Shown here: positions 42,892 through 55,900 of the stretch, piece after piece
Position numbering within the stretch: the first letter of the stretch is position 1
How the letters are laid out: the number at the start of each line of letters is the position of its first letter
Notes under the pieces: model-generated
Seen by the model: the letters and a program-made list of their open reading frames with translations, nothing else
The model's database searches: none
Told to the model about the DNA's origin: nothing
Made by a program: the position numbers and the translations under genes
Origin: Antedon mediterranea
Lineage: Eukaryota; Animalia; Echinodermata
Length of the DNA: 64,000 nt
Reading direction: 5' to 3'
Assembly (NCBI RefSeq): GCF_964355755.1
Contig: NC_092676.1
Coordinates: 13,472,871 to 13,536,870, forward strand

Positions 42892-44350
42892 CCACTTACT
42901 TTGTTTGGAAAAGCAACTATTATTAAGTCACTGTTTCTCCCGATATTCACGTATGTTTTCTAAAATTTACCAGACCCACCCGATTGTTTCCTTCAAGATA
43001 TTCAAAGTAAAATTTTTAAATTTATATGGAACGGAAAACCCGATAAAGTCAAAAGAAAAGTCATGTTTAACAATTTTGACGAAGGAGGGTTAAAAATTCC
43101 CCATATTAAGAGTTACTGTACATCTCTCAAATCATGTTGGGTGAAAAGATATCTTGATGGAAATCAATCCAAGTGGAAAGTGTTTTTAAAAAGTAAGATT
43201 AAAGAGGTTGGAGGAAATATTGTTTTCGAAACCAACTTTTCTAAATCTTCAACAATATTAAAACAATTTGAAAGGTTCCATAAAGATATACTCTCTGCGT
43301 GGAGTGAATACAATTTTGTAGAACCGTATACGATAGAGGACATCTTAAATCAATCTTTATGGAACAACTCATGTTTTGATAAAAGAGAATTTAAAGTTGA
43401 AAAAAATTGGTTGGTTAAAAATGTAAACTATGTAAAAGATATCGTGAACAAAGAAGGGAAAATATTAGAACTAGACGAATTTAACCAAAAATATAATTTT
43501 AAACCAGACTTCTTATTATATCACCAGATTGTAAATTCAATTCCAAAGCTCTGGAAACAGAAATTAATTGAACAAGGTATAAACACAACTAATGAAGTTG
43601 AATCCAAATTACAGACATTCATTTCTGTGAAAACGAGAAATTGTCATTATATCTATAAACACATTATATTAAAAAATGTTGAAGAGCCAATTGGAATTGA
43701 ATCCAAATGGGAAAAGGAGTTTGACAACAAACTTAATTGGAAAAACCTTTTCTCAAATTTACACGCCTGTACAAATGACACTAAGCTAAAAAATGTTCAA
43801 TTTAAATTTATTCATCGTATAATTTATACAAATACAATGCTCTTTAAGATGTCAAAGGTCGATTCACCAATGTGTAGTTTTTGCAAGCAAAAGCAGGAAA
43901 CACTGCTACATATGTTCTTTGAATGTGATCTGGTAAAGAACATTTGGGAAAATGTAAAACAATATATGTATCGAAATATCAACAATAACTTAATTATCAC
44001 CAAAGAAAGTATATGTTTTGGTTTTGGAAAAACACACAGTGATGCAAACATTTTAATTTTAATTACAAAGTGGTACATATTTAGTTGCAAAATCAAAAAA
44101 CAATTACTTAATTATAATCATTTATTTCACATTTACCAAAAATACAAGGCAACCATATTATTAGCAAAATGATTATTATTAAGTGTATTTTTGCGATACA
44201 TTATTTTTTTTTTTCTTTAATTTCATTACTCTCTTATTTTTGAGAGAGTATTATATCGTTTTAATAGTTACGTTGCCTTTATATATTAATTTTGTATTAT
44301 GTATGTGATGAAATGAAATAAAAAAAAAAAGAAAAAAAAAAAAAAAAAAA
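42892..44350 (+). mobile_element. 5'-truncated L1/Tx1-clade non-LTR retrotransposon
   Basis: TSD (A)GGTTGCTTCCATT at 42878-42891 and 44350-44363; AATAAA plus poly(A); ORF2 C-terminus. Confidence 0.93.
43063..44172 (+). pseudogene. L1/Tx1 ORF2 C-terminal fragment with zf-RVT cysteine motif
   Basis: Upstream in-frame LTLFGKATIIKSL..FIWNGK..EGGL; CSFCKQKQETLLHMFFEC. Confidence 0.88.
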
Positions 44351-47053
44351 GGTTGCTTCCATTGACGATTAGTGGCGAAACGGATAGTGAAGTACTGCCG
44401 GACTTTTAAGTGTTGGGGTAATCATGTTTTGATGAAGAACTTGGTGGAAAGATATATGGCTTCAGAAGTATTCCGTTTACACGTTTGATAACACTGTCGT
44501 CATCTAGCCCTATCAGAGAATATGAGTAATTTTGTATGGACCTAACCATTTATTTTCCAGTTTTCCTCCCTTCCTTTTTTTCCTTCGCAGATCTCAATAC
44601 ATATGTTCCGCGTTCGTATCCAGTTGGTCGTGCATGCCTTCTGTCATAATTGATTTTCTGTCTTTTCTTGGCCGTTTCGATGTTTTGCCCCTTGCAAAAT
44701 TTCTCTTCGTTTTTCCATTAAGGATCATCGTGAATCGGCGAGGTTGCCGTGTTATATGCCGTCAGATTTTCATTTGATGTTTTTCTATCCATAGTTACAT
44801 CTATTGGAAGAACAGCCTCCCTGTTGAAGGATGAATAGTGTGTAGATTCATGTTGAGATGTGTTGTAGGCAAACACACACGTGTCCAAGTATGTGTCCCA
44901 TGAGGCTTGTTTCTCTTTCACAAATTTCACCAACATATTTTTCAGGGTTTGGTTAAATCGTTCGTCCAGTCCGTTTGCCTGTAGAGAAGAATGTGTTATA
45001 AAATTACTGTAGCTTGGGCTTTAAATACCCTCATTGCTAGTATATTCTGGTTGATTACTTACATTTGTTTGAATTCAAAACAACGTTGATGTAATAATAG
45101 TAAAGGTGATAAAGATAATTAAAACTCCTGCCCTCCTACCTGGGGATGATATAGAGTGGTGAGGCGGTGCTCGATGCCCAATTTTGTCATAAGCTCATCA
45201 TTAAGTTTATTGACGAACTCTCCACCCTGATCCGTTGTCAAAACCTATTCTCATGAAAATCTATGGATGGGAAAAATCGAAAATATTGATACGGTACTGA
45301 ATTTATGTTTAGTATTACAGTCTAATAATAAACTATTTTAGCTGAAACAGACAAACACAAAAAAACGGTGACGGTCAAGAAATACTAACAAGAAAAAAAA
45401 GAATACAGTAACTATAGAGACTTGAGGCAAGTCTAAGACCAATGGTTACGGACATTTTTGTACACTGCCGCTTTATTGCAAGTAAATGATAAAGTAAAGA
45501 TAATAAAACGAAACTTAAAGAGAATGTTAGCAACTGTTCCGGCGCATTTATTTGGTGCAGGGATTGCTTCTACCCACTTAGTGAAGTAATCGCTCAATGT
45601 CAAAATGTAAGCGTTGTCGTTTGATGACAGTGGTAATGGTCCGACAAAATCCACCCCTACATGGTACCAAGGGCTTTTGACAGGTATTGGATGCAACTCT
45701 GGTCTTGGTACTGTAATTTTACGATTCATCTTTTAACATGTATCACAGCTAGCAATCTGAAATAACATAATGTTTATTTGAAATAGAGAATGCTTTGCTT
45801 ATACCCCATTCAGATCAGGGGCATATCCAGAAATCTAGTGGGTGTACTCGAATGGTTTTCGAAAACATGACCAACTCCTCTGGAAATTGAAGCCCGGGTG
45901 ACATCTATTCATATGACTGATGAGTAATGCATGTTTATTTTGTGATGTTTCATGGTGGTCCATAATTTAGGTACGCAAAAAATATCGTTTCCAGGGATAG
46001 CAAATTAGAGTATATTGTGGTAGGGCAAGTTATATTGTAACGTGGGTATTCTATGTGGGACTGTTGTTGTGAAATGCCATTAACGTTCAGATGAGGTAGT
46101 AAGAATGTCTCAATATATTTAATTATTTGTAAACAAAATGTACATTAACTTTCTTGTAATAATGTAAAAACTTTACAACAATTGGTATTACAACAATTGG
46201 TATTAATCATAAGAACGTAAGATGCAAATAATATAATTGTAAAGAACAGTGTATACGTATAATATACATATTAATATATTATTTTATATATTACCTGAAC
46301 GTTACACAGAGGAGGAAACCGTTAATAGGGGTAATCAATCACTGAAAAAGTCTCTAACGTGACCGTACCAAGAGACCAAAAGCACAGTTGATCAAAGTGG
46401 GTGACAGTGAGCGGTGCTTTAACATTTGTATCACAATATATCATAACAACAGAAAAATAACAAATAACAACTTTCGTAGCCTACTTATATATTGGTCGTA
46501 GTAGACACCATTTATAATTATAAATAGAGCAAGCAACAGAAATAATCGATAATATAAACAGTAAAGGTGTTTCCCTTGTAGGCCTACAAGGCCTCCTATA
46601 ATAACATTGAATCGCACCTAAATTTGATCAAAAGATAAATAAATAGCATAAATAATTAGTTCAATTACTAAAACAAATTGTATTTCACGTAAAGTAAAGG
46701 CCTTCATACTTGATTAGTTGAATATCTAAAACAAATAAATTGTAGTTTAGGATTTTGTTGAATCACTGAAATCTCACATTGTCACGTAAAAGTAAAGGCC
46801 TTTAATAATAGTTAAATTACTAAAACAAATTGTAGTTCACGTAAAGTAAATGCCTTTAATCAATATAATTGATTAGTTGAATATCTAAAACAAATTAATT
46901 GCAGTAGTTCACGATCAGTTGAACCACTAAAATATTTGTTTTTAATATTGAATGTCGCCACCAACGGCCATTTTGCAGGAAGTGACGGACCCGGAAGCCA
47001 GTTGAACAACAGAGCGAGTGTGTGAAAGTAACCCTGTGATATCCACAAATTTC

Positions 47054-48577
47054 GGCGCTAATGCAGTTTCGTACCCACCCCTTAAAATTACTCAAAATAT
47101 TCATCCAACCTACTCACGAGTTGTCTACAACATTCTGCAATCATAAAATTGTAAAAAATCGGAATTTTTTTATTTAAAACTATTTTTAATCAATTAATAC
47201 TGAGCACCCTTCGGAAATACATCGCCAGCTTAGCTTCGCGAAAATCATCGCTAGGCCTGCCGATAAAAGTACGGAGGCCTCACAGGACATTAACTCTATT
47301 AATAGAGTAAACAGTTGCGTTCTATAGAGGGCGTAGTTACTAACGTTTAAAGCACGCACCAAATAATTATAATTTTCATTATTTCCGACATGCGTTTCGT
47401 ATTTTTAATAAAGAAAAGAAATACTATACAATTGCTGTATTCATCATTGTGTGTATCATCATAATTTTGTTATGTTTTTAATTTGTTCTTTCATTTTACT
47501 AGTAGAATTTCACACATAAAAGAAGATAAATATGGAACTGCTGACTCTTGAAGATATAAGTACTGACCAATTTTCCTCTGTTTTAGTTTATTTTACATTA
47601 TGGTTTGTAGGTCAAATAAATAAATGAAATGAATAAAAAGAATTACAGTACTTCATTCCTGAGTTACATTGTTAATGTTATAACACAATAATCAAGCTAT
47701 GACGAATTAATTGTTTTAGTATTTGTTATCACTAGCTATACTAGAAACGCTAATGGTTTCCCTGTTTTAAGATTTTATAGAAGTATATTATTATTAATTA
47801 ACATTTTTTATTCACCTATGAAAGACCTCTTCAAATACATGGAAATAGGAAATGCAACAAAAACAGAAAGATATAATTTATTGAAATGTAATGTACAGTA
47901 ATACAATAATTATAATAAAAATGTTTTCCATCAATTACTAGAATTTATTTTACTTCTGCTGACACTGAATACATCATTTCATGTCTTTCATTTCTTCTTT
48001 TTTATCTTCTTTCCTGTTGTGTTTATTAAAATAAAATCAAATAAAACATTACATAATGAAGCAACTATTCATTAATTTATTTCAACAATATTTTATGAGG
48101 GTGGTCCATCCAGCCGAAGCTGATCATTAGGGACCCTTACAAAAAATATAATTTGACAAGACAATAACACACAATATTCAAAATAAATAGAAGTTCTAAA
48201 AATTAACAACATAATTAAACACAAAATATTTCTTTATGAAAAAAAACTTAAAATCCGTTTCACGAGGAACATGTAAAAAATATTTTATTATCGCCATAAT
48301 ATGATCATAACAGCGTCCTCTATAGATCGATGCCCTATGAGGCCTCCGTACTTTCATCGGCAGGCCTAGCGATGATTTTCGCGAAGCTAAGCTGGCGATG
48401 GATTTCTGAAGGGTGCTCAATTATTAATTGATTAAAAATAGTTATAAATAAGAAATTATCGATATTTTACCATTTTATGCTTGCTAAATGCTGTAGACAA
48501 CTCGTGAGTAGGCTAGATGAAGTATTGAAATCATTTTGAGTAATTTTAAGGGGTGGGTACGAAACTGCATTAGCGCC
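47054..48577. mobile_element. MITE with ~270-bp imperfect TIRs and 8-bp TSD (Merlin- or hAT-like)
   Basis: GGCGCTAATGCAGTTTCGTACCCACCCCTTAAAATTACTCAAAAT at both ends, inverted; flanks CAAATTTC / CACATTTC. Confidence 0.85.
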
Positions 48578-48599
48578 CACATTTCGATAGGTAACGCTA

Positions 48600-48757
48600 A
48601 TTTTTGTCGAAAATGGAACAATAGCTTAGTACTGAAAACTAATGTTAACGTTTCGCGGTACATCTGAGATAGATAAGGTAGGTATCCAAGGCGGAGATTT
48701 ATACCTAAGTTTTTCCATTGTGCTCGCCTATGTCAGAATTAACCATAATTTATATAT
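48600..48757 (-). mobile_element. End of an unclassified dispersed repeat; inverted relative at 58692-58850
   Basis: CTCGCCTATGTCAGAATTAACCATAATTTATA is the reverse complement of 58692-58723, with similarity extending ~150 bp. Confidence 0.75.
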
Positions 48758-49929
48758 AGATTATTATTACTGATTTACGATTGGTACGACGTACTGTACT
48801 TACCTTCCGCTTTCTCTTTATATAGAATAACTGCCCATCTTTGATAATAAATTTCTTAGATTTGTTCCTTATTATCCGTTTTTCATTTTCTGAGCTGCCA
48901 TCTGGGTATGATTTATCAACTAGATACTTGTATGTCTTCTCTATTAATTCAATTTCGCTCATATTGAAAGCAAGTCTGTGGATTTAATTTTTTTTATTAA
49001 AACTACAATATTATATAGGCCTATGGTAGAATACTAATCAGTATCAGTATCAGTTCAGAAAAAAACTAAAAACGTGTATGTACCTAGCCCCTAGCTATGC
49101 TATTTTATATCGCTGTGCTATTATTAGGCTAGTATATTAATTTTAAATAATAATGTTATTATTAATATTATCTAGGCCTAGGCTAGTAGCCTATGCCTGT
49201 ACTATAATATAGTCTTATTTTTAGGACATAAACTTTAGGAGCGTCGACTTTTCTATAATACTTTAAATAGTATTTAATGGTTCCAATCAACAATCAACTA
49301 AGCTTATTATTTGATACAATGTAATTATAATTTTATTAAACCGTATTCTACCTTTCTCGGAACAAGGTATCAATCGACAGTACTTTACTTTAGAGGTCAA
49401 ATCATGGAGCTATAGCTCCATGGTCAAAGGTAGTCTGGCGAACGGGACTAAATAACACAATAAACCCAATAATCAATGTATTGCTTTCAAACATACTTTG
49501 TTACATGCAAGACACAAACAGAAGATAGGCAATACAAAGGATAAACTAGACATGTAACTCGTCACTTTGACGAGTTTGGTTATCCGCCGCGCAAGTGGTG
49601 CAACATTAACATAAAGGGGATAGGTTGAGGACAAAAGGAAGTGTTCACGTTGGCATTATGACCTGAACTGAAGAATATGATATGTTGTTATTGCTGAATT
49701 TTATTATTTAAATTCATATATAGTATACACAGTATAATCTGTATCCATATCACATACAGTGACATACATAGAATAGGTGAAATTACGGGACCCGCTATTT
49801 ATTGCAATTTTTAACATATTCACGGTTTTAAAATGAAACGCGAAGGTAGCAATTCCGAAAGGAAATTATCTCAGCAACAACGTATTAGCGTGTAGAAGAA
49901 ATTTGAATACGTGAAATATTGATGCGCGC

Positions 49930-52900
49930 TCGTTTAAATGTAATGAATTATGACGCAAAAGATGAAAATACGACCTTTTTTATTTAACTGGCCATATGAT
50001 GACGTCACAACATCCGATTGACATAATTTCGTATCTACAATCCAATAGCTTCTAGAAAAAGTTTTAATCGTGATTATCACATTTTATTCTTACGAGCTAT
50101 AACAGATTAAAATTTACTGTAAAGATGAAATTGATGCCACAGGTGATTTAAATTTTTAGGCATGATGACGTCAAAAAAATTAAAATATTTTTAACTCATG
50201 CGAAAGATAATTGATTGACCTATATCAAAATCGGGGTGAAAATGGAAAACGAATAAGTGGAGATGCGCTCTATTCAATGTGATGAGCTATGACGAAAGAT
50301 ACAAAAATCCTAAATTTTATATTCGCGTGGCCATACGATGACGTCACAATGTCCGGTTAGCCATATTAATACCTGATCCGATATCTACAACTCATCTACT
50401 TCCAGAATATGTCATCCACAAAAAGTTGACCGTCTAGTTTAGAAATTAAGACTGTTTAAAAAAAGGCATATTTTAAACGAATTTTTTTTACCTTTTCATA
50501 AAAAACGCGCGCAAATTGTCCAATTCGACGTGCTCGTATGACGTATCTTTAAGTCGAAATTGTTTAAAATTTGGTAAAATTACTAGAAAAGGCTGGAAAA
50601 ACATAAATCACGCGAAAAAAATACGTTTTCAATGCTACGTGCGCACCGCACACTTAAAAATGTACGCACGCGTGGGAATTTTTGACATGCTTAAAATGAC
50701 ATGAAACGCGTAGAAAGTTGATTATAAATTAATTTTGCGCATTTTGAAATTTTAAATGCGCGTGCGCGCGTAACTTTGTGTAAAACACGCAATTTTTGTT
50801 CAACAGAAACTTAGCGCATGATATAAATTAAACTTTTGCAAAGTTTCACTTTAAAATGTTATTTGGTTTTCGACATATGTTAAATACGAGAAAATCGTTA
50901 AATCGCGCGTACGTCACGTTGCGCAATTGTAAACATCATGAAAAGCTTCGCTTGACGACGTTACATAAATGTCAAAATGTTAACATAGGCTGGTTTCCTG
51001 TCGACGTAAAGGCTGGTTTCCTGTCGACGTAAGAAGTCGAATTTTGCAACGATTCTTGCGTTTCATACGTTTCTTACGTCTCTTACGAAAGTTGAGAAAA
51101 AATTGACGTCGTTGACGTTAATCAAGATCGTGTCGGGCCGCAGAGAAACATCTGTAGTTATGCTGCTCCCGAAAGTTGAAATTTTGGCTGTGAAACACAC
51201 GTCGTATGCTTACGCCGATTTTAGTGTTGTTACGAAAGTGGAAATTTTTTTCTTACGTCGGTCAGATTTATGACGTATTTGAAACAACATCTGTGATTGG
51301 TGTTTCTTTTTAGAGCGGGTTTTACCCTTTTTCGCGCGAAATGTTGAATGTTGTTATTGTACCTGTAGCTACTCAGTTCAGTGCAGCACACCAACATATT
51401 ATTTTCAGTAGATAGGCTAGGCCCTAGTATTAGTAATAATACTTAATTAATACTGTACTAATGTTAATTGATTTGACCAAAATCTAATCAAACTAGCCTA
51501 GGAGCCTAATAGGCTAGTAATGTACTACTGTATGAATAAAAATATGAATTAATTATCCTGGCCCTCTAGGCCTAGCCTTAAATAGTTTTCAAAATTAAAA
51601 AAGGGCAAATCATTTCGGGATTCCTATTATTATTAGACCTACCCATGGAACTATTATATTATAGTTCCATGCTAGGCCCTAGGCTAGGCCATAGTACTAC
51701 CGCAGTAAGATACCCATTATTTACAGGCTTATAATAAGAATAAATTTAACAAAACAATATGAATTATACAAAATCAAGCAAACATTTTTTTTAAAGTTAC
51801 ATGATAATATTATATTGCTTATAAAGGGGCTTTCTATATCTTATCTTGTTGCAAATGTTAAGTTTTCGCGACGTTTCTACCGACAAATAGAACAGAAGAA
51901 TGTCGGTTTCTTTGAAATGCTATTGTTTATTGCACGTCCATAAATAACAGTATTATATTTTGATATGAGTTGTAAACTCCCTGATTAGAACATTATTATA
52001 TTGAAACCACTGTGCATTTGTATAGTATGTAGGCCTACAACATCGTAAAGTGGGCTAAAATTAGTAGTAAATACATACAAATGTTTTATCCGGCTTTATT
52101 TCACTTAAGGTCATACACATTACGTCATAACTCTTGTCGCTCATTGGTTGCTTGTTACGATTGCGCTTACGTCTCTTGCGAAAGTTGACTTCAAGTCAAC
52201 TTTCGTAAGAGACGTAAGAAACGTGACGCAAGAGCGTTCATTCAAGCGTAAGATAAAAAATTCCGGTTTCCTGTAAAATCGGAAGAAAACGTCGTAACGC
52301 AACAATTGTTAGGTCATCGGTTTCCTGTAAAATCGTTTGTCGTTACTATTTTTCTTACGTTTCGTCGATTTTATAAATTTTCGATCGTAATCGGTTTCCT
52401 GTAAAATCCGCATTTCTTACGACAAATCGACGTAGTCGCAACAAAAGTGATGTTCTTACGTCGACAGGAAACCAGGCTTAAGAGTCAGTTTTTCTAACGT
52501 CAGTTACGATTGTTACGTTGATTTTAGGTAAGAAACCAACATTTGACAGGAAACCGCTTACGACAATATTTTGGTGAAATCGACGTAAACGCAAGAAAAA
52601 TAGACGATCGACAGGAAACCGGGGTATCGAATCTCCGTCTGATACGTCGATTTATCGCGAATTTACAGGAAACCGGGATTTTATTGCTTGCGATCACTTG
52701 CGTTGCGTTATTAACGATTCTTACGTAAAGTTGACTTGGAGTCAACTTTACGTAAGCGTAAGAGTCGTAAGCGCAAGAAATACAATGGAAAAGGATAGGC
52801 CTATTTTTAATAGATACGAAAATACGAATTTCATTAATAAAAGCAGCTTTTTTACAACACCTCTTTACCAAAAAAGGATAAAAATTAGCCCTATATTAAA

Positions 52901-55900
52901 AACGTACAATTATATTCAAGTTCTTTCTATTCACACTTTTCTTTATTTTATTGACATATTCTCCTTCCGGTAATTAAGTTCATTAACTGTTCTTTTATTA
53001 GGAGAAATGATTCGATGTTTTTAAACAATTTAAACCGGCACTATTTGCTCCATCTGAGTTTTTCTAATCAATATTTTTGTTGTTTGTGTTGTTATAAGAA
53101 GCATGCTATTAGACTCTGATGCAGTAGATGTAATATTAAATACAGAAGGTAAGATATTTAATAACAATTAATAATAATGATAATAATAGTAATAACACTA
53201 AAGTTATTAAATAATAATCGTTTAAATGTAATGAATTATGACGCAAAAGATGAAAATACGACCTTTTTTATTTAACTGGCCATATGATGACGTCACAACA
53301 TCCGATTGACATAATTTCGTATCTACAATCCAATAGCTTCTAGAAAAAGTTTTAATCGTGATTATCACATTTTATTCTTACGAGCTATAACAGATTAAAA
53401 TTTACTGTAAAGATGAAATTGATGCCACAGGTGATTTAAATTTTTAGGCATGATGACGTCAAAAAAATTAAAATATTTTTAACTCATGCGAAAGATAATT
53501 GATTGACCTATATCAAAATCGGGGTGAAAATGGAAAACGAATAAGTGGAGATGCGCTCTATTCAATGTGATGAGCTATGACGAAAGATACAAAAATCCTA
53601 AATTTTATATTCGCGTGGCCATACGATGACGTCACAATGTCCGGTTAGCCATATTAATACCTGATCCGATATCTACAACTCATCTACTTCCAGAATATGT
53701 CATCCACAAAAAGTTGACCGTCTAGTTTAGAAATTAAGACTGTTTAAAAAAAGGCATATTTTAAACGAATTTTTTTTACCTTTTCATAAAAAACGCGCGC
53801 AAATTGTCCAATTCGACGTGCTCGTATGACGTATCTTTAAGTCGAAATTGTTTAAAATTTGGTAAAATTACTAGAAAAGGCTGGAAAAACATAAATCACG
53901 CGAAAAAAATACGTTTTCAATGCTACGTGCGCACCGCACACTTAAAAATGTACGCACGCGTGGGAATTTTTGACATGCTTAAAATGACATGAAACGCGTA
54001 GAAAGTTGATTATAAATTAATTTTGCGCATTTTGAAATTTTAAATGCGCGTGCGCGCGTAACTTTGTGTAAAACACGCAATTTTTGTTCAACAGAAACTT
54101 AGCGCATGATATAAATTAAACTTTTGCAAAGTTTCACTTTAAAATGTTATTTGGTTTTCGACATATGTTAAATACGAGAAAATCGTTAAATCGCGCGTAC
54201 GTCACGTTGCGCAATTGTAAACATCATGAAAAGCTTCGCTTGACGACGTTACATAAATGTCAAAATGTTAACATAGGCTGGTTTCCTGTCGACGTAAAGG
54301 CTGGTTTCCTGTCGACGTAAGAAGTCGAATTTTGCAACGATTCTTGCGTTTCATACGTTTCTTACGTCTCTTACGAAAGTTGAGAAAAAATTGACGTCGT
54401 TGACGTTAATCAAGATCGTGTCGGGCCGCAGAGAAACATCTGTAGTTATGCTGCTCCCGAAAGTTGAAATTTTGGCTGTGAAACACACGTCGTATGCTTA
54501 CGCCGATTTTAGTGTTGTTACGAAAGTGGAAATTTTTTTCTTACGTCGGTCAGATTTATGACGTATTTGAAACAACATCTGTGATTGGTGTTTCTTTTTA
54601 GAGCGGGTTTTACCCTTTTTCGCGCGAAATGTTGAATGTTGTTATTGTACCTGTAGCTACTCAGTTCAGTGCAGCACACCAACATATTATTTTCAGTAGA
54701 TAGGCTAGGCCCTAGTATTAGTAATAATACTTAATTAATACTGTACTAATGTTAATTGATTTGACCAAAATCTAATCAAACTAGCCTAGGAGCCTAATAG
54801 GCTAGTAATGTACTACTGTATGAATAAAAATATGAATTAATTATCCTGGCCCTCTAGGCCTAGCCTTAAATAGTTTTCAAAATTAAAAAAGGGCAAATCA
54901 TTTCGGGATTCCTATTATTATTAGACCTACCCATGGAACTATTATATTATAGTTCCATGCTAGGCCCTAGGCTAGGCCATAGTACTACCGCAGTAAGATA
55001 CCCATTATTTACAGGCTTATAATAAGAATAAATTTAACAAAACAATATGAATTATACAAAATCAAGCAAACATTTTTTTTAAAGTTACATGATAATATTA
55101 TATTGCTTATAAAGGGGCTTTCTATATCTTATCTTGTTGCAAATGTTAAGTTTTCGCGACGTTTCTACCGACAAATAGAACAGAAGAATGTCGGTTTCTT
55201 TGAAATGCTATTGTTTATTGCACGTCCATAAATAACAGTATTATATTTTGATATGAGTTGTAAACTCCCTGATTAGAACATTATTATATTGAAACCACTG
55301 TGCATTTGTATAGTATGTAGGCCTACAACATCGTAAAGTGGGCTAAAATTAGTAGTAAATACATACAAATGTTTTATCCGGCTTTATTTCACTTAAGGTC
55401 ATACACATTACGTCATAACTCTTGTCGCTCATTGGTTGCTTGTTACGATTGCGCTTACGTCTCTTGCGAAAGTTGACTTCAAGTCAACTTTCGTAAGAGA
55501 CGTAAGAAACGTGACGCAAGAGCGTTCATTCAAGCGTAAGATAAAAAATTCCGGTTTCCTGTAAAATCGGAAGAAAACGTCGTAACGCAACAATTGTTAG
55601 GTCATCGGTTTCCTGTAAAATCGTTTGTCGTTACTATTTTTCTTACGTTTCGTCGATTTTATAAATTTTCGATCGTAATCGGTTTCCTGTAAAATCCGCA
55701 TTTCTTACGACAAATCGACGTAGTCGCAACAAAAGTGATGTTCTTACGTCGACAGGAAACCAGGCTTAAGAGTCAGTTTTTCTAACGTCAGTTACGATTG
55801 TTACGTTGATTTTAGGTAAGAAACCAACATTTGACAGGAAACCGCTTACGACAATATTTTGGTGAAATCGACGTAAACGCAAGAAAAATAGACGATCGAC

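Larger units (their letters stand above)
41828..48962 (-). pseudogene. Intron-containing GIN/Ginger1-type DDE integrase/transposase with C-terminal OTU protease domain, disrupted
   Basis: Exons ~48962-48804 (MSEIELIEKTYKYL..YPDG..KRIIR), 45756-~45515 (CDTC..LHPIP..VGVDFVGP..DYFTKW), 45260-45140 (TDQGGEF..YHPQ), 44978-44351 (ANGLDERFNQT..WLGPY), 42891-41828 (GDGNCLFRALS..WGSELEI..HFEPV); GT-AG boundaries; several stops and frameshifts. Confidence 0.85.

Noticed and set aside
42892-43062. 5' inversion (twin priming) of the L1
   Set aside because: The segment translates in the same strand and frame as ORF2 with one stop; it is a simple truncation.
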